From positions 32,550 to 96,549 of the forward strand of contig CANRHP010000003.1 in assembly GCA_947630455.1 (NCBI GenBank): 64,000 bases of DNA, written 5' to 3'. Of the stretch, positions 58,152-64,000 are shown piece after piece. This stretch comes from an uncultured Clostridia bacterium. Lineage in GTDB: Bacteria; Bacillota; Clostridia; Christensenellales; CAG-314. Position 1 is the stretch's first letter. Each line of letters starts with the position of its first letter. A model generated the notes under the pieces. That model did not search any database and had not been told where the DNA came from. It saw nothing but the letters and a program-made list of their open reading frames with translations. The position numbers and the translations under genes are program-made.

Positions 58152-58904
58152 ATGCAATCAATGGAAGTTAGTTGCAAGGAGTTGCGTCAGCGCGCATGGA
58201 ATCGTCTTGCAGACGGCAACTACTGGCAATCGTTTGGCGCCAGCGTTGTAGGCGCAATCGTCGGAAGCGTGGGATTTATTTTCACTGCGGGTGCAATGTC
58301 TGCGGGAGTGACAAGTTACTATATCAAGCAGCAGCGCGATCAGGACCCGGAGTTCGGTGAGATCTTTTGCGGATTCGAACGTTACGGCAGCACGTTGGGA
58401 GGATATCTTCTCAGAGCAATATTCATTTTCCTGTGGAGTATCATTCCAATTGTCGGACAGATATTCGGTGCGTGGGTAAAGCCCTTAGCGTACAGTCAGA
58501 TGTACTATTTGATGATGGATGAGGGATTGGGTGCAGGCGACTCCATCACCCGCAGCAAAGAAATGATGAATGGCTACAAGTGGAAACTGTTTAAGCTTAA
58601 TCTGTCCTTCATAGGCTGGTATCTGCTCGGTGTGTTGACCTTCGGAATAGGAATGTTGTTCCTCGCGCCTTATCTTGACGCAACTATGGCGGAGTTCTAT
58701 GCCGAATTGCGCCGTTGCCACGGTGAGGACGGCGATGTCGATGAGGTTTTTGACTTGACAAGCGACGCTGAAAAGCCGGTCGAAGAGGCTCCCGTCGAAG
58801 CAAAGCAAATATCCGAAGAAGCTCCGGTTGAGGAGGAGCCGCAATTGGAAGAAGCTCCCGTGGAGAACGTCGAATCGACGACGGAGGACAAACCCAAAGA
58901 GTAA
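58152..58904 (+). CDS. DUF975-like integral membrane protein with an acidic EEAPVE-repeat tail
   Basis: Four TM segments. N-terminus ELRQRAWNRLADGNYWQSFGA. C-terminal repeats EEAPVE, EEAPVEEE and EEAPVE. Confidence 0.6.
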   Translation: MQSMEVSCKELRQRAWNRLADGNYWQSFGASVVGAIVGSVGFIFTAGAMSAGVTSYYIKQQRDQDPEFGEIFCGFERYGSTLGGYLLRAIFIFLWSIIPIVGQIFGAWVKPLAYSQMYYLMMDEGLGAGDSITRSKEMMNGYKWKLFKLNLSFIGWYLLGVLTFGIGMLFLAPYLDATMAEFYAELRRCHGEDGDVDEVFDLTSDAEKPVEEAPVEAKQISEEAPVEEEPQLEEAPVENVESTTEDKPKE

Positions 58905-59032
58905 CGCTAAAAGGTATTTGCAAGACCCACTTGGTTCCAAGTGGGTTTTTGTTTGACTTGCTTACTTTCAAATGTTACAATATTAACATAATTCGGCGAA
59001 CGTGTAGGCGGTGTCGGTATATGGAGGCAAAA

Positions 59033-59410
59033 ATGTTAGAAGTGGTTGCCGCACTCATTTGGCGCGACGGAAAATTTTTGATATGTCAGCGCCCGGCAAA
59101 TAAAAAGCGCGCCCTATTGTGGGAATTCGTCGGGGGCAAAAAGGAGCATGGCGAAAGCCTGCAGGAGGCGCTGAAAAGAGAGTGTAAGGAAGAATTGGAT
59201 ATATCTGTCGAGGTGCAGGATGTCTTTTGCGATGTAACGCACGGTTACCCCGATGTTACGGTGCATCTTACGCTTTTCAACGCCGCTACCGACGACCAAC
59301 CGCGCATGCTCGAGCATAACGATATGCGGTGGATCACCCCATCGGAAATAGACGACTTTGAGTTTTGCCCCGCCGATGAGGATATATTGAAAAAAATAAA
59401 GCAATTGTAA
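59033..59410 (+). CDS. NUDIX hydrolase (MutT-like)
   Basis: Nudix box GGKKEHGESLQEALKRECKEELDI. SD GGAGG lies 5 nt before ATG 59033. Confidence 0.85.
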   Translation: MLEVVAALIWRDGKFLICQRPANKKRALLWEFVGGKKEHGESLQEALKRECKEELDISVEVQDVFCDVTHGYPDVTVHLTLFNAATDDQPRMLEHNDMRWITPSEIDDFEFCPADEDILKKIKQL

Positions 59411-59524
59411 CCGTTTGTGCTGTTACCGACCCGTTGTGAATAAAGCTTTATTGTCAGATAAAGCTGCAAAATTATTAAATATTTTTACGTTTGCGCCGAT
59501 TGCCAATGTCGCCGATGTTAGTAT

Positions 59525-59555
59525 GAAAAAAGACAGGTAATCCTGTCCTTTTTTT
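59525..59555. terminator. Bidirectional terminator between the NUDIX gene and pyk
   Basis: A-run, GACAGG-TAAT-CCTGTC hairpin, then a T-run. Confidence 0.65.
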
Positions 59556-59672
59556 AAATATTTGTTTTATATAAATAGTTTGAGATCGTTATTAATAGGC
59601 TGATTTATCCCTTATTTTGGGCACAATTTCAGCCATTTCAACGCTGTGCAAATGTCAAAAGCGTCGATATTG

Positions 59673-61097
59673 TCAGACATCCTCTTGAATTTTACTTACC
59701 TTTATCAAATTGGTTCCGGCCTTTGTGCCGAGAGGTACTCCGGCAGTTATAACTATATTGTCGCCCGGCTCCGCTATGCCAAGTCGACGAACCGTTTCTT
59801 CTGCATTGATAAACATGTCGTCAGTGTTGTCAAATGTTTGGCAAATTGTTGGCACAACGCCCCAACTGGTGGATAGCTGGTGATACACTCTGTCGCTGTT
59901 TGCCATTGCGACAACAACGGCTCCGGGACGAAAACGACTGACCATCCGTGCCGAAATGCCGCTTTCGGTATACACGACAATGGCTTTGGCGTTGATGTCA
60001 AAAGCGGTGTTTACGGTAGCGTGAGATATAGCGTCGGTGTTGTCCATCAAAGCTATCGGGTAGGCGCGGTACATAGCGTTGTAATCCACATTGCGTTCCG
60101 CTTCCTCCGCTATGCGCGCCATGGTGGCGATGGTGTTGGGAGGGTTGATTCCCACCGCGCTCTCTGCCGAAAGCATAACGCAGCTGCTTCCGTCGTAGAC
60201 GGCGTTTGCTACGTCGACGATTTCCGCACGAGTGGGACGCAGCTTCGTAACCATACTTTCCAGCATTTCCGTTGCAGTTATCACAAACTTTCCTTTCATG
60301 CGGCTTCTTGTGATGAGCATCTTTTGAATTGCGGGCAATTTTTCGTAGGGGAGCTCCACTCCGAGGTCGCCGCGGGCAACCATGATGCCGTCCGATTCTT
60401 CTATTATTTCATCAATATTGTTTACTCCGCTTTGGCTTTCTATCTTTGATATTATACAGGTATCCTTTGCTCCGTGAGAGATCAGATAATCGCGAATTTC
60501 CCGTACGCTTTCCGCATCCTGCACAAAGCTTGCGGCATAGAGCTCTGCGTTGTTTTTTATGCCGAAATCCAAATCACGCTTGTCCTGTTCGGAAAGGAAG
60601 GGCATGTTTATCTTTACATTGGGCACAAACAATCCCTTGCGATTGGACAGCGTTCCGCTGTTTTGCGCCACAGTTTTGATTGTTTCACCGTCTATTTCGG
60701 TAATTTTGAATGCAAGCAATCCGTCGTTCAGCAACACTTGACAACCCACGGTCACGTCTTTGTACAGATCCTTGTAGGTAATGGAAACCTTGGTTTCATC
60801 GCCTTCGCTGTCATCGTTGACAAAGTCGAAGGGCATGCCTTCATGTACTTCTATTTGTCCGTTCTTGAATGTTCCGATGCGAATTTCCGGTCCTTTTGTA
60901 TCTATCATGATGGGTATGGGAACGCCAAGACTTCTGCGCACCTTTTTCACTGTGTCGATTTTGGCTTGGTGCTCTTCATATAAACCGTGGCTCATGTTGA
61001 TGCGGGCAACGTTCATGCCGGCAAGCGCCATCTTTTTTATCTGGTCGTAGGTGGAGCTTGCGGGACCCAGGGTACACACAATTTTTGTTTTTCTCAT
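59673..61097 (-). CDS. pyk: Pyruvate kinase
   Basis: MRKTKIVCTLGPAS, MNVARINMSHG and MVARGDLGVE motifs. Start at ATG 61097 after GGGAGG. Confidence 0.95.
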   Translation of the reverse strand: MRKTKIVCTLGPASSTYDQIKKMALAGMNVARINMSHGLYEEHQAKIDTVKKVRRSLGVPIPIMIDTKGPEIRIGTFKNGQIEVHEGMPFDFVNDDSEGDETKVSITYKDLYKDVTVGCQVLLNDGLLAFKITEIDGETIKTVAQNSGTLSNRKGLFVPNVKINMPFLSEQDKRDLDFGIKNNAELYAASFVQDAESVREIRDYLISHGAKDTCIISKIESQSGVNNIDEIIEESDGIMVARGDLGVELPYEKLPAIQKMLITRSRMKGKFVITATEMLESMVTKLRPTRAEIVDVANAVYDGSSCVMLSAESAVGINPPNTIATMARIAEEAERNVDYNAMYRAYPIALMDNTDAISHATVNTAFDINAKAIVVYTESGISARMVSRFRPGAVVVAMANSDRVYHQLSTSWGVVPTICQTFDNTDDMFINAEETVRRLGIAEPGDNIVITAGVPLGTKAGTNLIKVSKIQEDV

Positions 61098-61328
61098 ATA
61101 TACCTCCCTTTTTGTAATGACACTATTCAAAGAGTGCCAAATTTTGCATTATAATTAGTATAATACATTTGTCAAATTTTGTAAATACACTTTTTGGATT
61201 TATAATATTCTCTTGCGAATCCGATTAGTGCATTTTGCAATTGACAACATTTATTTTCAATGAGATAATATAGCTTGAACACAGCGTTGAGCGTTGTCAT
61301 CATCGGAAAAATATTTACGGGAGCAATC

Positions 61329-62255
61329 ATGAATAAATACTTTAACGTATCAACCGAGGTAAATGCCGCACTCACAAGCAACAAGCCTGTCGTTGCGCTG
61401 GAGAGCACGATAATTTCTCACGGCATGCCCTATCCGCAAAACGTCGAAACGGCGCTCAATGTGGAGCAGATTGTTCGAGAAAAGGGCTGCACGCCTGCGA
61501 CCGTCGCCGTAATAGATGGCGTGCTGACTGTGGGGTGCAGCAGGGAACAAATCGAATTGCTCGGAAGGTTGGGCACGGCGGTTACCAAAGTGTCACGCAG
61601 AGATATGCCGATAGTCGCGGCGCTGCGTAAAAACGGAGCAACAACCGTTGCGGGCACAATGTACGCCTGCAAATTGGCGGGCATAGACGTGTTTGCCACG
61701 GGCGGTATAGGCGGCGCCCACAGAAATTCGGAAAAAACAATGGATATTTCCGCCGACTTGGATGAATTGCAGCAAACGAGCGTTACGGTGGTATGCGCCG
61801 GAGCAAAGTCTATTCTCGATATCGGGCTCACCTTGGAGTGTCTGGAAACGCGCGGAGTGCCCGTTATTGGCTACAAAACGGAGGATATGCCTGCTTTCTA
61901 TACGCAAAAAAGCGGTTTCAAGGTGGATTACCGACTGGAAACCGCTCATGACATTGCCGCAGTGATTGCCGCCCGCCAAGAATTGAAGTTGAATGGAGGA
62001 ATGTTGGTGGTTAATCCTATACCCGATAAATATTCAATGGATCGCCACTATATTGATAAAAATATTGACAGAGCTATTGCCGAAGCGGAAGAACTGGGTA
62101 TCACGGGTAAACAGCTTACTCCATTTTTGCTGGACAAAATTCAGCGGCTGACAGAAGGAAAGAGTCTTGCCGCCAATATACAGCTTGTTTACAACAATGT
62201 GCGCCTTGCGTGTGACATTGCCGCCGAGCTTTGTGCCTTGAGGAATATTAAATGA
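61329..62255 (+). CDS. psuG: Pseudouridine-5'-phosphate glycosidase
   Basis: VVALESTIISHGMPYPQN and the TGGIGGAHR motif. Start set at ATG 61329. Confidence 0.88.
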   Translation: MNKYFNVSTEVNAALTSNKPVVALESTIISHGMPYPQNVETALNVEQIVREKGCTPATVAVIDGVLTVGCSREQIELLGRLGTAVTKVSRRDMPIVAALRKNGATTVAGTMYACKLAGIDVFATGGIGGAHRNSEKTMDISADLDELQQTSVTVVCAGAKSILDIGLTLECLETRGVPVIGYKTEDMPAFYTQKSGFKVDYRLETAHDIAAVIAARQELKLNGGMLVVNPIPDKYSMDRHYIDKNIDRAIAEAEELGITGKQLTPFLLDKIQRLTEGKSLAANIQLVYNNVRLACDIAAELCALRNIK

Positions 62256-62935
62256 TATTCGGAGGCTTGCAAAAATTAACACTGCTGGATTATCCGGAGA
62301 AAGTAGCATGCACCGTATTCTGTGTGGGCTGCAATTTTCGTTGTCCGTTTTGTCACAACGGTTCGTTGGTAAGCGGCGGTGGAGACAGGTGGACGCAGCA
62401 GGAAATACTGACATTTCTCACTAAGCGTGCAAACCTTTTGGAGGGTGTTTGTCTGACCGGCGGCGAACCGTTGATGTATACCGATGTGGCGGATTTTTTG
62501 CGGCAAGTAAAGGAAATCGGTTACAAGGTCAAGCTCGACACAAACGGCAGTTATCCGGACAGGCTGGAGCAGCTTATAAAAGACGGTTTGGTAGATTACG
62601 TCGCAATGGATGTCAAAAACAGCCGCGAGTTATATTCCGCAACTGCGGGTGCGGCGGTGAGCCTTGACGCCGTCGAGCGATCCGTGGCGCTGCTGAAAAC
62701 GGGCGCCGTTCCATACGAATTTCGCACGACGGTTACGCGAACGTTTCACACCGAGCAATCTCTTTTGAACATCGCAGAGTGGCTGTATGATGCAGATAAA
62801 TGGTTTTTGCAGCAGTTTGTGGGTGGAGAGGATCTGATCGACCCGAGCGTGGATGGCTACACCGACAACGAACTGCGAAACTTATGTCAAACTGTGCGCC
62901 AATACTGTCCAGGCGTTAAATTGCGCGGCATTTGA
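62252..62935 (+). CDS. nrdG: Radical-SAM activase, anaerobic ribonucleotide reductase activating protein (NrdG)-like
   Basis: LLDYPEKVACTVFCVGCNFRCPFCHN (CxxxCxxC motif) and GVCLTGGEPL. ATGA overlap with psuG. No nrdD is present in the window. Confidence 0.7.
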   Translation: MIFGGLQKLTLLDYPEKVACTVFCVGCNFRCPFCHNGSLVSGGGDRWTQQEILTFLTKRANLLEGVCLTGGEPLMYTDVADFLRQVKEIGYKVKLDTNGSYPDRLEQLIKDGLVDYVAMDVKNSRELYSATAGAAVSLDAVERSVALLKTGAVPYEFRTTVTRTFHTEQSLLNIAEWLYDADKWFLQQFVGGEDLIDPSVDGYTDNELRNLCQTVRQYCPGVKLRGI

Positions 62936-63100
62936 CTGCGCAACAAAATCGCAAAAAATCGGTCTGCAAGCCTTGCACCTCTTGGTACACAAAGGTATCT
63001 CCGTATTTTCGCCAACCGAACCAAATAAACAGCGGAAGAAATAATCTATGCCAAATGTTGGGTAAATGTAGTTGATTCCAACATGCAGTGTATTCGTTTT

Positions 63101-63137
63101 CTCTCACTGCTGCATACCGCAGCGGGGAGAGTTTTTT
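63101..63137 (+). terminator. Terminator about 165 nt downstream of the nrdG-like gene
   Basis: CTCTC..GCTGC pairs with GCAGC..GAGAG (one mismatch), followed by TTTTTT. Confidence 0.55.
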
Positions 63138-63334
63138 GTTGTACTTATGCAAGTAATTTCATTTTCCTAAAGGTTTGTGTTTTTTACTAAGTGCGCATTT
63201 CGTTTTTGGTAGCTTTATTTTGTTATTTTTTATCAAATCAATTTGCATGCTCTGTATACAATTAGTCGGATATATACTTAAATTGATTTTTCAAAGGCTC
63301 TTGGTCAGAAATTTTTACAAAAGGAGTTGATAAT

Positions 63335-64000
63335 TTGTTATACAAGGAATGGTTGAACTTTTGGTTGGAAAACTACGCCAAGTCGGCGGTAAAAATGCAG
63401 ACATACGACCGTTACAAAAGAATTTGTTCATTACATATAATACCCGGTTTGGGCAATGTAGATTTACACAACTTGTCTGCAATGGAGCTGCAGATGTTTA
63501 TAACTAATCAACTTGAAAGAGGAAATCTGCTGACAGGCAAGGGCTTGTCTGCAAGCTGCGTAAACCTGACGATTTCCGTCTTGCAAAGCTCGCTAAAAAC
63601 GGCATATCTTGCGGGAGTTACGCCTTTGTACGAGGCAGACAAAATAAGGCGCCCAAAGCTCAAAGAAAAACGAGTGGAATGTTTTACTCTTAGCGAGCAA
63701 AAGAAGCTTGAAAACCATATTTTTGCCTCGCCTAAGGACAAGCTTTTCGGTATTGTGCTGTGTCTGTATTCCGGCATACGTTTGGGCGAATTGCTTGCCT
63801 TGACCTGGAATGACATAGATTTTCGCAGCGGCACGTTGAGCGTATCCAAAACATGCTTTGACGCAAATATAGACGGGCGTTGTCGGTTGACAAACGAACC
63901 GAAAACTACCCATTCAAAAAGGATAATACCTTTGCCCAAGCGGATACTCGCAATATTGAAGGAACACAAAAAACGTTCGAAAAGCGAATATGTCGTTTCG
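63335..64000 (+). CDS. Tyrosine recombinase / phage-type integrase (5' partial, runs off the window)
   Basis: Absent from the ORF track because there is no stop in the window. SD AAGGAG lies 8 nt before TTG 63335. 222 stop-free codons are open. Core-binding-like N-terminus and the catalytic-region motif LYSGIRLGELLALTWNDIDF. Confidence 0.8.
   Translation, partial: MLYKEWLNFWLENYAKSAVKMQTYDRYKRICSLHIIPGLGNVDLHNLSAMELQMFITNQLERGNLLTGKGLSASCVNLTISVLQSSLKTAYLAGVTPLYEADKIRRPKLKEKRVECFTLSEQKKLENHIFASPKDKLFGIVLCLYSGIRLGELLALTWNDIDFRSGTLSVSKTCFDANIDGRCRLTNEPKTTHSKRIIPLPKRILAILKEHKKRSKSEYVVS

Noticed and set aside
1-64000. Window-wide search for CRISPR arrays, rRNA genes, IS elements and known defence systems.
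   Set aside because: No regularly spaced direct repeats, no rRNA-like sequence and no transposase-like ORFs were seen. No gene pair matches restriction-modification, toxin-antitoxin (apart from the decayed XRE fragment), CBASS, retron or similar signatures.

Overview
This window looks like the origin-proximal chromosome of a roughly 50% G+C, spore-forming Firmicute, probably Clostridia-like. All calls rest on motif recognition in the supplied translations and on reading the DNA; no database search was run. The evidence for the organism type is a GerA/B/C germinant-receptor operon, rubrerythrin, an NrdG-type activase and split transketolase. The origin hallmark genes are all present: parA/parB, mnmE-mnmG-rsmG, dnaN, rpmH-rnpA-yidD-yidC-jag and dnaA. 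Their order and orientation are scrambled relative to the canonical Firmicute layout, and dnaA lies about 14 kb from dnaN on the opposite strand. The first 2 kb is a strikingly A/T-rich, ORF-poor tract carrying four parS palindromes. Other content includes a 1811-aa repeat adhesin, a PnuC-family transporter with an insertion domain, galE, and a tRNA-Pro locus with a decayed islet and an unexplained structured leader. Further along are mscL, a RimK-like ligase with an M18 aminopeptidase, phosphoglucomutase and a fused MacB-type ABC transporter. A four-enzyme GDP-D-glycero-alpha-D-manno-heptose pathway sits next to a glycosyltransferase. An AraC regulator is divergent from two unannotated paralogous mini-ORFs. 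The right part holds an SbcD/SbcC-like pair, central metabolism genes (tkt, glpK, pyk, psuG) and a tyrosine integrase gene that runs off the right edge. I found no CRISPR array, rRNA or recognisable defence system. The most unusual signals are non-coding or architectural: the parS array, the rearranged origin, recurrent leaderless-type promoters, the tRNA-Pro leader and the mini-ORFs.
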